A stretch of DNA of 64,000 nucleotides from Elainellaceae cyanobacterium (GCA_051117555.1 JBNPEG010000086.1:1-64000); one strand, 5' to 3'. Shown: positions 9,416 to 20,080, numbered from the stretch's first letter. Program-made: numbers and translations. The notes: generated by a model not told the origin, from the letters alone.

Positions 9416-11737
9416 CTACTCGATGCGCTGTACGGCAACTCGCAAGCCATTATTAATCAGCATTCGAGCCGTTTCATTTGCATTATTGAGGTCGTTGAAT
9501 GCTCCTGCTTGCATCACAGCTTGACCATTCACGTAGGTATAAAACGCTCCAGGCACCAGCGATTGAACGAGCCTCTGTATCCGTTCATTACGGGCATCAA
9601 CTACGACTCGATACCGCGATCTCAATCGAGTCGACCGATTAGGCGACGATCCAGCGGAGGTTCTTTGCCGCACTGGATCGCTGTAGATGGTCACGGTCGG
9701 CAAACTGCCAGTATAGCCTCGAGGAATCTCCCCCCCAGGAACAGGTAACGCATTTGAGTGACGAGGTGGCGATGACCGGGGTTGAAGCAGGGTTCTCAGT
9801 AGGTTTCTAGGTGGAGAACTGGGTTGTTGAGCGGATGGTGATGACTGAGCGGATGCCAGTGCAGACGCTAGCTGATTGACCGGGCTGGCTTGGCCATCAT
9901 TCTCGTCGGACAAATCAGCCACAGTCCCACGCATGGGCGGCGGCACAGGGATCTCAATAGGCGCTGTGAAATTTGCTACGGGGCGGGCAGAACGGGACGG
10001 GGCAGACTGCGCATCTGAATTCAAGCGCGGCGTAGTCGAACGGTCTGCGATCGCCCGTTGCGGTGAGGGGGAGGACTCGGTAACTGCGGATATCACAGCA
10101 GGTGCAGGCGGCGGCGGTGCGGGCGGCGTCGATGTCGGGACGGATGGAGGCGGTACAAACATGTCAATCGACGGAATTCGTTGAGGTGACGGTGTTGCGG
10201 CCGCTCCAGTATCCGTTGGGCGAGGAAATGATGCTGCCGTTCGAGAGGATGCGGGTCGAGAGGACGCTGTCGGAGATGGCACCGTTGATAAGGAGGCAGA
10301 TGATGAGGAGGCAGATGATGAGGAGGCAGATGATGAGGAGGCAGATGATGAGGAGGCAGATGATAAGGAGGCAGATGATAAGGACTGGCGACTCGTTGGG
10401 TGAGCGGCGATCGCCTGAGATGAGGGCTCGCCTTGATGAGGGTGCATCGATGACGCGGAGGACGACTCCTCGCCAGATGACGAACGGGCTGGCGCCTCCG
10501 ATGATGTAGGCAATACTGGCAATGATGAGGACAACGAATTCTCGGAGGAGGATGAATCGGGGCGTAAGTCAGCAGCAACGCGGCGTGGAGCTGCAATTGG
10601 GATCGGCACATTGCCGGTCACATCAACCGCTCCGGTCATGCGTGCGTCCGTCAGGTCATTGCCGAACGCAGGAACTGGGTGTTCGGCTGCTTCAACATTG
10701 AGATCGTAGCGAGTATTGTTTTGAAACTGATTATTGCCTGGATGATCAGGCGTTCCGAGATTAGGCACTGCTTGGGCGATCGCCACGATTCCGTCTCGAT
10801 GGCTCCCGTCTATAACGTTATGTCGCAGCACCGGACGGGCATGCCCCTGAATAACAATGCCATCTCGATTATTGAGTAAACGATTCTCAATCAGGTGAGG
10901 CGCAGCATTCTGACTCACATTAATGCCAAACCCGGTTTGTTCAAAGACGTTTTCTCGGACGACGGCTTGCCCCGACCCAAACACGGTGATGCCGTTCGCG
11001 CCATTCTGACGAAACAGATTATCTTGCACAATAGGCGAACTGTCGCCGTTGACCGACACCCCATCATGGATATTGTTGCTAAATGTGTTGCGAGCAACAG
11101 TTGGGCTACTTGACTCAATCCACAATCCGTAGCCTCGGGCGTTTGGGTTCCTGACCGTCACCCCTGTCAACGTAGCATCGTCAGCTCCCAGAATGGCGAT
11201 ATTTTGACCCGCAACGGTGGGGCTGAGAAATCGCCCTCCTCCTCGGATCAGAATGCCGTCTCCGTGAGTGCTTGGATTTCCCTGAATGATGACTCCAGGC
11301 TTCATCCTCAACGGGAATTGTTCGCCTGACTCGGCACTATAGGTTCCCGGTGCAAGCATAATGACCGTTCCAGGTTGAGAGCGCTCCAGTGCTTGAGTGA
11401 TCGTTCTAAAGGGCGATCGCTGGCTGCCATCGCCCTGGGTGTCATGACCCACAATTGGATTGACAAAGAATAATGTCGTCGAGGTGGCGGGTGGCGTATA
11501 CGATCGACGCGCCTGAGATGATGAGATGGGTAATGTTGTTTGGGCGATCGCCCCCGTTTGACTCGTTAATGAAACGACGACTGCAAGCCCAAGCCCAGCA
11601 GCCAGGAGTATCTGAGGTGAAACAGTTACTCGTCTGCCGCCCCGACCCACGTCAGAACATTCGTTTCTTCTTCTAAGTAAATCGTAGGAATATTGCAACA
11701 CCATAATGTCCCTCATCTCACTGGATGCCCTAAACAA
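9416..11737 (-). CDS. DUF1565 / parallel beta-helix domain protein with S/P-rich linker and SPOR-like C-terminus (start codon uncertain)
   Basis: FVNP..G.D...G....PFRTITQAL...LAPGTYS...GE.FP motif; beta-helix repeats; MQAGAF C-terminal motif. Confidence 0.85.
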   Translation of the reverse strand: MFRASSEMRDIMVLQYSYDLLRRRNECSDVGRGGRRVTVSPQILLAAGLGLAVVVSLTSQTGAIAQTTLPISSSQARRSYTPPATSTTLFFVNPIVGHDTQGDGSQRSPFRTITQALERSQPGTVIMLAPGTYSAESGEQFPLRMKPGVIIQGNPSTHGDGILIRGGGRFLSPTVAGQNIAILGADDATLTGVTVRNPNARGYGLWIESSSPTVARNTFSNNIHDGVSVNGDSSPIVQDNLFRQNGANGITVFGSGQAVVRENVFEQTGFGINVSQNAAPHLIENRLLNNRDGIVIQGHARPVLRHNVIDGSHRDGIVAIAQAVPNLGTPDHPGNNQFQNNTRYDLNVEAAEHPVPAFGNDLTDARMTGAVDVTGNVPIPIAAPRRVAADLRPDSSSSENSLSSSLPVLPTSSEAPARSSSGEESSSASSMHPHQGEPSSQAIAAHPTSRQSLSSASLSSASSSSASSSSASSSSASSSSASLSTVPSPTASSRPASSRTAASFPRPTDTGAAATPSPQRIPSIDMFVPPPSVPTSTPPAPPPPAPAVISAVTESSPSPQRAIADRSTTPRLNSDAQSAPSRSARPVANFTAPIEIPVPPPMRGTVADLSDENDGQASPVNQLASALASAQSSPSAQQPSSPPRNLLRTLLQPRSSPPRHSNALPVPGGEIPRGYTGSLPTVTIYSDPVRQRTSAGSSPNRSTRLRSRYRVVVDARNERIQRLVQSLVPGAFYTYVNGQAVMQAGAFNDLNNANETARMLINNGLRVAVQRIE
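10287..10384. repeat. In-frame 15-bp tandem repeat, 6 full units plus a partial, encoding (S/L)SSAS
   Basis: Unit GAT(A/G)AGGAGGCAGAT. Confidence 0.95.
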
Positions 11738-12059
11738 ACGCCAGACAATACTCAGGAAATCAATCGCAATGCGATCGCTTAACGTAGCCTTTAGCCATCA
11801 AAAGATTTCTCGCTAATGAGTCAGCAGGGGGGTATGCCGTTCTGATTAACTAGATTTGCAAAAACAAAACTGCCGTATTTGATACTAGATAAACTTGATT
11901 GACATTCATTAAATCTCAGATGAATTAAAGGTAGATGGTCTAAATTTTGCCTGATTTTTTTCAGATTTAAACCTATAAATCTAAACTTTTTTTACTTTCT
12001 GTCCTAAAAAAGTTGGAATTTCGCGCAGGGTAATGCCCTATTCAGGTATTCGTGCACAC

Positions 12060-12098
12060 TAAAACCCCCCAGATTCTGCCAGAATCCGGGGGGTTTTA
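12060..12098. terminator. Intrinsic terminator downstream of vipp1
   Basis: TAAAACCCCCCAGATTCT-GCC-AGAATCCGGGGGGTTTTA long stem. Confidence 0.75.
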
Positions 12099-12193
12099 CA
12101 GCTAAATTACATGACGTAGCGGGTGAGGTCGCGGTTTACTCTGTAAGAACTCGTATCGCACCTACGACTATCAAACGCTTTTCACAGCATCTT

Positions 12194-12964
12194 CTAAAGC
12201 TGGTCAAGCTGTGCTTTTAGGTCTTCGAGTTCGGCATCAACCGCCTCATCTCTAGGTGCATCACTTGACTCCGTGGCGCCTTCAATTTGAGGTTGATCCG
12301 CAGAACCTCCCAGCATTTGAGCTTTCATAGCGGCGAGTTCGTCATCGACATCTGACCCCGATTCAAGCTGAGCAAATTGGCTTTCTAGATCCGATCCTGC
12401 CAGTTCAGACGCAGCTTGCGATCGCGCTTCCATCATCATTACTTTCTCTTCCATGCGCTCAAAGGCTGCCATGGAACTGCCTGTACCAAGCTGACCTACT
12501 GTGTTTTGGAGCTGCTCATTGGCTTTTGCTGCGCTAGCGCGAGCCTTGAGCATATCTTTCTTGGTTTTGGCTTCCGAAATCTTACCTTCAAGGGCAATTA
12601 GATTTCGCTTTAATGTTTCAACGCTAGTATTCTGTTGGTCAAACTGAGTTTGGAGAGACGCCGCAGTTTCAGCTTGCGTCTTTTTGCGGCTGAGCGCTTG
12701 CCGAGCCAATTCTTCGTCTCCCTTTTGCAGAGCAAGCTGGGCGCGTTGTTGCCACTTGCCGGCTTCAGATTGAGCTTGGTTAAGCTGTTGCTGAGTCCGT
12801 TTCTGACTGGCGATCGCCCGCGCAACAGCCTGACGCATCTGCACTAGATCTTCCTGCATATCGATGATCGCCTGATCCAAAATTTTCTCTGGATCTTCAG
12901 CAGCGCCCACCATCGCGTTAAGGTTTGAGCGAACCACCCGGCTCACACGGTCAAATAGTCCCAT
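12194..12964 (-). CDS. vipp1: PspA/IM30 family protein Vipp1
   Basis: MGLFDRVSRVVRSNLN..AEDPEKIL; coiled coil; extra C-terminal helix VDAELEDLKAQLDQL. Confidence 0.95.
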   Translation of the reverse strand: MGLFDRVSRVVRSNLNAMVGAAEDPEKILDQAIIDMQEDLVQMRQAVARAIASQKRTQQQLNQAQSEAGKWQQRAQLALQKGDEELARQALSRKKTQAETAASLQTQFDQQNTSVETLKRNLIALEGKISEAKTKKDMLKARASAAKANEQLQNTVGQLGTGSSMAAFERMEEKVMMMEARSQAASELAGSDLESQFAQLESGSDVDDELAAMKAQMLGGSADQPQIEGATESSDAPRDEAVDAELEDLKAQLDQL

Positions 12965-13089
12965 AGCTCAATCTTTCCCCTCGGAAATACAGTAAGCAGT
13001 TATAGGTTTCTTAGCTTGGTCTACCCATCTAGTTTAATCAATTGAAACGGCTCCTATCCGCCTCAGCCTCAAAATTTGACGACATTTAT

Positions 13090-13121
13090 AAAAAAAATGG
13101 GAGCGATGTCACTCCCACTTT
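13090..13121 (-). terminator. Intrinsic terminator of ftsH
   Basis: TGGGAG/CTCCCA stem followed by a T-run on the minus strand. Confidence 0.75.
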
Positions 13122-13145
13122 GACGAGAACAATTAGAATTCGCCG

Positions 13146-15029
13146 CTAAATCTGCGGAACGTACTGATCCTTCTCCGGAACAGGAGTGTATTCGGCGACA
13201 ATCTGGCGAAATTCTTCACCATCAATTGTTTCTTTCTCGATGAGCAAGTCTACTAAGCGGTCGATCGCCGCGCGATTCTCCCGAACAACCCGACGCGCTT
13301 CGTCGTAGCAGTGCTCGACAATAGAACGCACCTGAGCATCAATTCGAGACGCGATTTCATCTGAATACTCTGAGCGAGTCATCAGGTCACGCCCTAAGAA
13401 TACCTCACTCTGCTGGCTTTCTAGAGAAATGGGACCCAGATCAGACATTCCAAACCGCGTCACCATCTGACGAGCCATGCCAGTCACTTGCTGGAGGTCA
13501 TTACCTGCCCCTGTGGTCACTTCGGCATCCCCAAAGATGACCTGCTCAGCGGCGCGACCTCCGAGTGCTCCAGTAATTCGAGCCATCAGCTGAGAGCGAG
13601 AAATCAAGCCCTGCTCCTCATTCGGGGTAAACCACGTCAAGCCGCGAGCCTGCCCCCTGGGAATGAGCGTCACCTTCTGAACCGGATCGTGATCTTTCAA
13701 CAAGGTGCCGATAATAGCGTGCCCCAGCTCGTGATAAGCAATCAAGCGCTTACTCTTGCTGTCAATGAGCGGAGTGCCTTCCATACCCGCGACAACGCGA
13801 TCTACCGCATCATCGATTTCGAGCATGGTGATTGCTTCTTTGCGTCGGCGAGCTGTTAGAATCGCCGCTTCATTGAGAAGATTTGCTAAATCGGCCCCTG
13901 TAAACCCGGGCGTGCGACGGGCGATCGCATCGAGAGACACTTCAGGTGCTAGCTTCTTATTGCGGGCATGCACCTGCAACACCTCTAAACGCCCTTTAAT
14001 ATCGGGTGGATCAACCATGACCTGACGGTCAAACCGCCCAGGACGAAGTAAGGCTGAATCTAAAACGTCAGGGCGGTTGGTAGCGGCAATAATGATGATG
14101 CCTGTATTGCCTTCAAATCCATCCATTTCGGTGAGCAATTGATTGAGGGTTTGCTCCCGCTCATCGTTGCCGCCTCCAATGCCAGCACCTCGCTGACGCC
14201 CAACCGCATCAATCTCATCAATAAAGATAATGCAAGGCGCATTCTCTTTCGCTTTTTTGAACAGGTCGCGGACGCGGGATGCACCCACACCGACAAACAT
14301 CTCAACAAATTCGGACCCGGAGATGCTGAAGAAAGGAACCCCTGCTTCACCCGCGATCGCTTTCGCTAGCAACGTTTTACCCGTCCCTGGAGGACCAACC
14401 AACAACACGCCTTTCGGAATCCGCGCACCCACTGCCGTAAAACGCTCAGGCTTCTTCAAAAATGAGACGACTTCTTCAAGCTCTTCTTTCGCCTCTTCAA
14501 TGCCAGCCACATCGTCAAACATGACACCCGTTTTAGCCTCCATCTGGAAGCGTGCCCGAGACTTACCAAAGTTCATGGCTTGTCCAGGCCCTCCGGCACC
14601 GGAGCCAGAGCGGCGAAATAGAAAGAATAGTCCGCCAATCAATAAAATAGGGAAAATAAGATTTCCCAATAATCCCCAGATTGCCCCATCATTGCGGGGG
14701 GGATGGGTGTCAAAGTTCACACCGTCTTCTCGCAACCTGGAGATCAGCTCAGGAGCATTACCCGGCAAATCGACTCTTAAGCGACGAACTCGATCATCGA
14801 GCTGGTCAACTGCTTCGACGATAGCGGTCCGCCCGCCATCGTACAAATCAACGCTGGTCACTCGACCCGAATCGAGATATTCCAGAAATCGACCATAGGT
14901 CATCCGACTATTTGCGGTGTTTCCTCCGATATCCATCGCTGAGGACGAAAATGCCCCCTGCCAGAAAAAGAACCCGATGACTAAGACTGGCAATGTCCAG
15001 AGGAGAATCACTCTCCAGGAAAGCTTCAT
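13146..15029 (-). CDS. ftsH: ATP-dependent zinc metalloprotease FtsH (FtsH2 type)
   Basis: [10 protein letters not shown] lumenal domain; [19 protein letters not shown] zinc motif. Confidence 0.97.
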   Translation of the reverse strand: MKLSWRVILLWTLPVLVIGFFFWQGAFSSSAMDIGGNTANSRMTYGRFLEYLDSGRVTSVDLYDGGRTAIVEAVDQLDDRVRRLRVDLPGNAPELISRLREDGVNFDTHPPRNDGAIWGLLGNLIFPILLIGGLFFLFRRSGSGAGGPGQAMNFGKSRARFQMEAKTGVMFDDVAGIEEAKEELEEVVSFLKKPERFTAVGARIPKGVLLVGPPGTGKTLLAKAIAGEAGVPFFSISGSEFVEMFVGVGASRVRDLFKKAKENAPCIIFIDEIDAVGRQRGAGIGGGNDEREQTLNQLLTEMDGFEGNTGIIIIAATNRPDVLDSALLRPGRFDRQVMVDPPDIKGRLEVLQVHARNKKLAPEVSLDAIARRTPGFTGADLANLLNEAAILTARRRKEAITMLEIDDAVDRVVAGMEGTPLIDSKSKRLIAYHELGHAIIGTLLKDHDPVQKVTLIPRGQARGLTWFTPNEEQGLISRSQLMARITGALGGRAAEQVIFGDAEVTTGAGNDLQQVTGMARQMVTRFGMSDLGPISLESQQSEVFLGRDLMTRSEYSDEIASRIDAQVRSIVEHCYDEARRVVRENRAAIDRLVDLLIEKETIDGEEFRQIVAEYTPVPEKDQYVPQI

Positions 15030-15483
15030 AACCCTAAGCGCCTCTAATAACAGCAGTTGAATTAGTTGAATTAAAGTACACGCAGCCTAACACTGCTCAA
15101 CAAGATTTCGTTTCTAATCAACTCTAATCAATCCAGATGTGGCTCAGACTTCTGCGTCATCTTTACTATCGTACGCGGTTAGGAGAATCGACAAGAATTA
15201 ACAAAACCACTATTTCTGAGTGTAAATCTTAATTAAATTTAACGTAACGAGGGCACATCGAGCAACTCAGGAAAGAATTGGATTTTGCCGATGCCTGCTA
15301 AATCGATGCTAGCGCGTCTGATCGCGTTTTGAATGCTGGGAGATATTTGGATTGACATTTCCGCCTATTTTCTCAGAAATTGTAGACAACTTTTAAAGAA
15401 CGCTTGTACTGAAAATCGAGATGTGATAGAACAATTGTATTATCTGGTGGCGTCAGGTTGTGCAGCGAGGTGGCGTCGGCAGC

Positions 15484-16629
15484 ATGAGTACTGATTTGAC
15501 GAGTACTGATTTGACGAGTACTGATTTGACGAGTACTGATTTGAATAGAGGTACAAACCCCATGACTGGCAGGCAATCCTCCAATATTCCAGGTACGGTT
15601 TTGAGCGTCGATTTGGGGCGCACTGCAACAAAAGCTTGTGTGGGTCGCAGTCCTGCTGATGTGGTTCTTATTCCCGCCAATGTCGCTCATCTGACGGTCG
15701 AGCAGGTTCGTAGGGGTGGTTTTGAATCGCAGCCTACCGATCCGCTGCTCGATATTTGGCTAGAGTTTCAGGGCAAAGGCTTTGCGATGGGTCAGCTTGC
15801 AGCAGATTTCGGCGCAAACCTAGGAGTTGGTCAATCGAAGGTTGAAGATGCGTTGGTGAAAGTTTTAGCATCAGCCGGATATTTTGACCTGAAAGGCAGT
15901 ATTGGTGTGGTATTAGGATTGCCATACCATTCTCAGGAGCAGTTTGATCAAGAGAAAGAGCAAGTTATCGGCTTGTTGCGATCGCCCCACGTCATGAACT
16001 ATCGAGGTGAATTTAGGGCGATTGACATTCAGCAAATCTGGGTCATGCCGGAGGGGTATGGAAGCCTCATCTGGTGCGAAGCACACGGAAAGAAGTCTAC
16101 TCCCGATTTTCCCAATTTATCAGTTGGCGTGGTTGATATCGGTCACCAAACGACCGACTTTCTCATGATTGATCGATTTCGATTTGCGCGAGGAGCCTCT
16201 CAGAGCGTGCCCTTTGCAATGAGCCAGTTTTATGAGAATGTAGCCAGCCAGATTCAAGGGGCTGATAGTCAATCATTATCATTAATTGAAGCAGTTCATC
16301 GCCCCGAAGGTGAGAGGTTTTTCCGTCCCAGAGGAACTGCAATTCCAACTAATCTAGACGATATCTTGCCCAGCTTGCGACGAAGTTTTGCCCGCGAACT
16401 GTCTAATCGTCTCGTGTCGTGGTTGCCTGAGCGCGTGACCGATGTTGTTGTCAGCGGCGGCGGCGGTGAGTTCTTCTGGAATGAGCTTCGTCCGCTTTTG
16501 CGCGAAGCCAAGCTTAAAGGGCACCTAGCAAAACCGTCTCGCAAGGCAAACTCGCTGGGGCAGTATATCTACGGTGAGGCGCAAATTGCGATTCTCTCAA
16601 GTCAGCTTGTTGCTAGCAAAAGCGCTTAA
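15484..16629 (+). CDS. parM: Chromosomal ParM/StbA-family actin-like ATPase (CorM type); start either 15484 or 15562
   Basis: Actin-fold motifs VDLGRTATK, GLP, MPEG, VDIGHQTTD, SGGGG and AN..G. Confidence 0.9.
   Translation: MSTDLTSTDLTSTDLTSTDLNRGTNPMTGRQSSNIPGTVLSVDLGRTATKACVGRSPADVVLIPANVAHLTVEQVRRGGFESQPTDPLLDIWLEFQGKGFAMGQLAADFGANLGVGQSKVEDALVKVLASAGYFDLKGSIGVVLGLPYHSQEQFDQEKEQVIGLLRSPHVMNYRGEFRAIDIQQIWVMPEGYGSLIWCEAHGKKSTPDFPNLSVGVVDIGHQTTDFLMIDRFRFARGASQSVPFAMSQFYENVASQIQGADSQSLSLIEAVHRPEGERFFRPRGTAIPTNLDDILPSLRRSFARELSNRLVSWLPERVTDVVVSGGGGEFFWNELRPLLREAKLKGHLAKPSRKANSLGQYIYGEAQIAILSSQLVASKSA
15486..15544 (+). repeat. 4 x 15-bp direct tandem repeat GAGTACTGATTTGAC
   Basis: Three perfect units plus a fourth of 14/15 bp. 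Confidence 0.95.
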
Positions 16630-16679
16630 TCCACAGCGCTTCACTCACGAAATTCATTATCCGCATGAGGGGGGGCTCG

Positions 16680-17168
16680 ATGAGATTGGATGCAGATCAG
16701 TTTAATCATGTCAATTATGATGTGGTCTTTAAGGACTCGGTCACCGATCAAGCCTTGCTAGGAGCTATTGAACGAGCATTGGCAACTCAACCATACGCCA
16801 GTTTCAGCGATTTATGTAAACAAGCCCTGCGGCAGTCGCTTCTAGGGGCTGAAATGTCGTCTACGATGCCCTTATTCCTAGAGTTACAGCGCCAGATTGT
16901 TGATTTGAGAGTCAGTCTGGCAAATCTTGAATATCGGCTGAGTGGCGATCGCCCTTCTCCGAGACATGAAGAGTTAGATCGCCCATTCGATCATCTCGAC
17001 CATCAATTCACACGGCTCTCAAGTCGTTTTGGGGAAGCGCATTCAACGATTCCGTTTAACGAGCGAGAATCGCGGGAATCACCCGAGCCGGAGCGAGTTC
17101 CAGCGACGATATCGAGAGCATCTGACCCCCTTTTAGATCGACTCGCGCCTATCTTGGATGACTTCTGA
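16680..17168 (+). CDS. parR: ParR-like adaptor (CorR type)
   Basis: Directly after parM; RHH-like segment with FSDLCKQAL, a coiled coil, a disordered linker and C-terminal helix DPLLDRLAPILDDF. Confidence 0.7.
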   Translation: MRLDADQFNHVNYDVVFKDSVTDQALLGAIERALATQPYASFSDLCKQALRQSLLGAEMSSTMPLFLELQRQIVDLRVSLANLEYRLSGDRPSPRHEELDRPFDHLDHQFTRLSSRFGEAHSTIPFNERESRESPEPERVPATISRASDPLLDRLAPILDDF

Positions 17169-17205
17169 ATTCTTTGAATCCAACGGTTGAATCCAACAGC
17201 GCCAT

Positions 17206-17715
17206 TTAGCGGACTGCTGAAATGCGAATTACGTATGGATGGTAGCTGTTTTCCTGGTATGAGCCGACCCAAATCTCATACGTGCCTGAAAACCACTGGC
17301 CTGCAATTCCGGGATTGACGCCCGAATAGTCGTCATTGCACCAACTCCCGCCTGGTCCGCGAATCACCAGAGTCGTGTCGTCAGGGCTCTGAATTTCGAG
17401 GCTGAGATAGTCAAAGAATTCGGTCAATGTCATCCGGTGATCTGGGGGGCCATCCACGAAGCCAACGCACGATCCAGTGTCGGTTTCGGGGCGACCTGCC
17501 ACAGCGCTGGCAGGCTGCTGCCCTCCACTAATTCCTCTGACTGTGATTGGATCAGGGGTAAAGCTAGGGGTCAGCGTCACATTCTCAAACAGGGTGACCT
17601 CTTGAGAGGGCTGCACAACTTGGGCCTGAGCAAGACGACCTAACCGCGATCCGTTGACCGAAATCACGCTTGCAAGAGTCAGCCCAATCCCAACGATCAG
17701 TGGTTGGATACGCAT
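17206..17715 (-). CDS. Secreted hypothetical protein (PPC-like beta domain)
   Basis: Signal peptide; DTTLVIRGPGG.WCNDD...P.I......G.Y.IWVGS. Confidence 0.75.
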   Translation of the reverse strand: MRIQPLIVGIGLTLASVISVNGSRLGRLAQAQVVQPSQEVTLFENVTLTPSFTPDPITVRGISGGQQPASAVAGRPETDTGSCVGFVDGPPDHRMTLTEFFDYLSLEIQSPDDTTLVIRGPGGSWCNDDYSGVNPGIAGQWFSGTYEIWVGSYQENSYHPYVIRISAVR

Positions 17716-17783
17716 AGTATTAGCGAATGAAATTTAGACAAGAGATGTTCTTGCCTATCGTAATCTGGCGGGGATCTATTTTG

Positions 17784-19247
17784 TTAGAGCTTTGTTAGAG
17801 CGATCGCCTGCTGAAGTCGGGGCTGATCGTATCCCCGTTGATGCAGCAGCAGCCACGATTGCGCAAGGTCGGGGCCGTGAAGATCTCCGGTTAATGCTGC
17901 CCTGAGCGTCCGCATGACTAGACCTTTCTTCACATTCTTATCTTTTGTGACCCGTTTAATGACCGATTGAGCATCTGACTCAGTATCAAAGGGCGGATTT
18001 TCTTCGAGTAATTCTAAAACCCCTTCTAACACCACGGATGCCCCATCTTGCTGAAGCTGCTGAATTGCGGCCTCTTTTACCTCGATGTCGCGCCTAAATA
18101 AATAATCGCTCATAGGAACAGCATCATCCAAGCGAGTGAGGCTTGCCCCAATGAGTTGGGAAATTTGATTAAGCCAGGGGCGATCGCTCACCGGGTCAAA
18201 CTCAAACCCTGCATCTTGCCAAAACGGAATGAGTAGATCGGTGATTTCATCGGCAGATTTGTGATGAAGATATTGGCTGTTGAGCCAGTTGAGCTTATCC
18301 CAGTCAAATTTTGCTCCGGCCTTATTGACCCGATCGAAGCTAAACTGACTGGCGGCTTCGCTTAGCGAAAACTGTTCTTGAGTAGAGTCGGGGGGCGACC
18401 AACCTAACAGCGTCATGTAGTTGACCATCGCCTCTGGAACGTATCCCATCCGCTGAAAGTCTGAAATGGATGTTACCCCATCCCGTTTTGAAAGCTTTTT
18501 ACCCGACGGGCTGAGAATCAAAGGCGTATGGGCAAACTGAGGGATATCAGAACCTAGCGCCTCATACAGCAAAATCTGCTTAGCGGTATTTGCGATGTGG
18601 TCTTCACCACGAATGATATGAGTGATGGTCATATCCATATCATCGACTACGACCACAAAGTTATACAGCGGTTGCCCAATCTCACCAGCCGGAGCGCGAC
18701 GGGCAATGACCATATCGCCCCCTAAGTCGCTCCCTTTCCAGGTCATCTGCCCGCGCACCATGTCCTTCCATGAGATCACCCGGTCATCATCAATCTTGAA
18801 GCGAATGACCGGCTGCCGCCCTTCTGCTTGAAATGCAGCCTGCTGTTCGGCTGTGAGCTGGCGATGGCGATTATCGTAGCGCGGCGGTTGTCCCTTGGCT
18901 TCATAGGACGCGCGAATGGCTTCAAGCTCGTCTTCTGTGCAATAGCAATAGTAGGCGTGACCCTGATCCAGCAGAGTATTGACCTGTTGCCGATAAAGCT
19001 CGGTTCGTTTGCTTTGAAAGAAGGGTCCCTCATCCCAGGTCAAGCCTAGCCAGGTTAATCCCTCTAGAATATTTTGGGTAAATTCTGGGCGCGATCGCTC
19101 GACATCCGTATCTTCAATTCTCAGGATGAACTGACCTTGATTGTGCCGAGCAAATAACCAATTGAAGACAGCCGTGCGTGCGGTGCCGATATGGAGATTT
19201 CCGGTTGGGCTAGGAGCGATACGAACGCGAACAGTCATAGTGAACAT
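17784..19247 (-). CDS. gltX: Glutamate--tRNA ligase
   Basis: [23 protein letters not shown] and KLSKR motifs. Confidence 0.97.
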   Translation of the reverse strand: MFTMTVRVRIAPSPTGNLHIGTARTAVFNWLFARHNQGQFILRIEDTDVERSRPEFTQNILEGLTWLGLTWDEGPFFQSKRTELYRQQVNTLLDQGHAYYCYCTEDELEAIRASYEAKGQPPRYDNRHRQLTAEQQAAFQAEGRQPVIRFKIDDDRVISWKDMVRGQMTWKGSDLGGDMVIARRAPAGEIGQPLYNFVVVVDDMDMTITHIIRGEDHIANTAKQILLYEALGSDIPQFAHTPLILSPSGKKLSKRDGVTSISDFQRMGYVPEAMVNYMTLLGWSPPDSTQEQFSLSEAASQFSFDRVNKAGAKFDWDKLNWLNSQYLHHKSADEITDLLIPFWQDAGFEFDPVSDRPWLNQISQLIGASLTRLDDAVPMSDYLFRRDIEVKEAAIQQLQQDGASVVLEGVLELLEENPPFDTESDAQSVIKRVTKDKNVKKGLVMRTLRAALTGDLHGPDLAQSWLLLHQRGYDQPRLQQAIALTKL

Positions 19248-19303
19248 TAAGCGTGGTGCGGTTTGGCATGCCTCATTCTAACGAGAATATGCGGCGAATT
19301 GTT

Positions 19304-19843
19304 TTATGGGTTAACGCCTGATTCAAGATTTTTAATTTGAAGAATTGGCCTAAGATCTATCGGGATCTGACCAACACTCTCAAGATGAGCAAGACGGCGA
19401 TCGCCTGAACCACCCTTCACAGGTTGCTCAGACGCCTGAGCATCAATGTATGAGAGGCAAATTTTGAGATAGTTATCGGGACGATAGGGCAGCCGATCCG
19501 CCCATTCAATGGCGGTGATTCCAGACGGGTACTCCTGTCCGTCCCAATACAGTTCAGGATAGAGAGAACCAACCTCATTCGGTGACAACCGATATAGGTC
19601 GAGATGATAGAGGGGAATGCGACCATCCGAATATTCGTTAATGAGTGTAAAGGTGGGGCTGACAATCGAATCAGAAATCCCGAGTCCTTTACCCATCCCC
19701 TGAACCAAGGTGGTCTTGCCGCTACCCAGAGTCCCTTCCAGCAAGATGACGGTTCCGGCTGGGAGCGATCGCCCGAGCGCGATTCCTAATTTATGAGTCG
19801 CATCCACAGTTAGAAGGGGAAAAGAAATTGCCTGCGTTGCCAT
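19304..19843 (-). CDS. tsaE: tRNA threonylcarbamoyladenosine biosynthesis ATPase TsaE
   Basis: G.LGSGKTT, SPTF, HLDLYRL and IEWA motifs. Confidence 0.95.
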   Translation of the reverse strand: MATQAISFPLLTVDATHKLGIALGRSLPAGTVILLEGTLGSGKTTLVQGMGKGLGISDSIVSPTFTLINEYSDGRIPLYHLDLYRLSPNEVGSLYPELYWDGQEYPSGITAIEWADRLPYRPDNYLKICLSYIDAQASEQPVKGGSGDRRLAHLESVGQIPIDLRPILQIKNLESGVNP

Positions 19844-19927
19844 ACCTACATCGATTTAAACCAAAATCCAGGAGATAACCCAACAATGGCTACACTCCCG
19901 GACTTGCAGTATTAAGTCATATAATCC

Positions 19928-19965
19928 GATACAGATTCTTCGGATACAGATTCTTCGGATACAGA
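19928..19965. repeat. 15-bp tandem repeat GATACAGATTCTTCG, about 2.5 copies
   Basis: Direct reading; lies between CP12 and tsaE. Confidence 0.85.
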
Positions 19966-20080
19966 CTCAGATTCTAGAGATATAGCCCGCCGCGCTTGCG
20001 TTAGGACATTGAACACATACAGAACTCCAACGGTGCGGACGTTCTATACCCAAATCTGAGCCCGTCGGGATATCAGATCT

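Noticed and set aside
10093..10611. His/Pro-rich and MMRRQ-repeat ORFs
   Set aside because: Alternative frames of the 15-bp repeat in the DUF1565 gene
14230..14898. 222-aa antisense ORF, and similar shadow ORFs elsewhere
   Set aside because: Lies opposite ftsH; explained by codon bias and has no recognisable motifs
15210..15250. HLR1 (RpaB) site upstream of ftsH
   Set aside because: Only partial half-site matches; too weak to call by eye
15486..15544. CRISPR array
   Set aside because: Units are adjacent with no spacers, and there are no cas genes in the window
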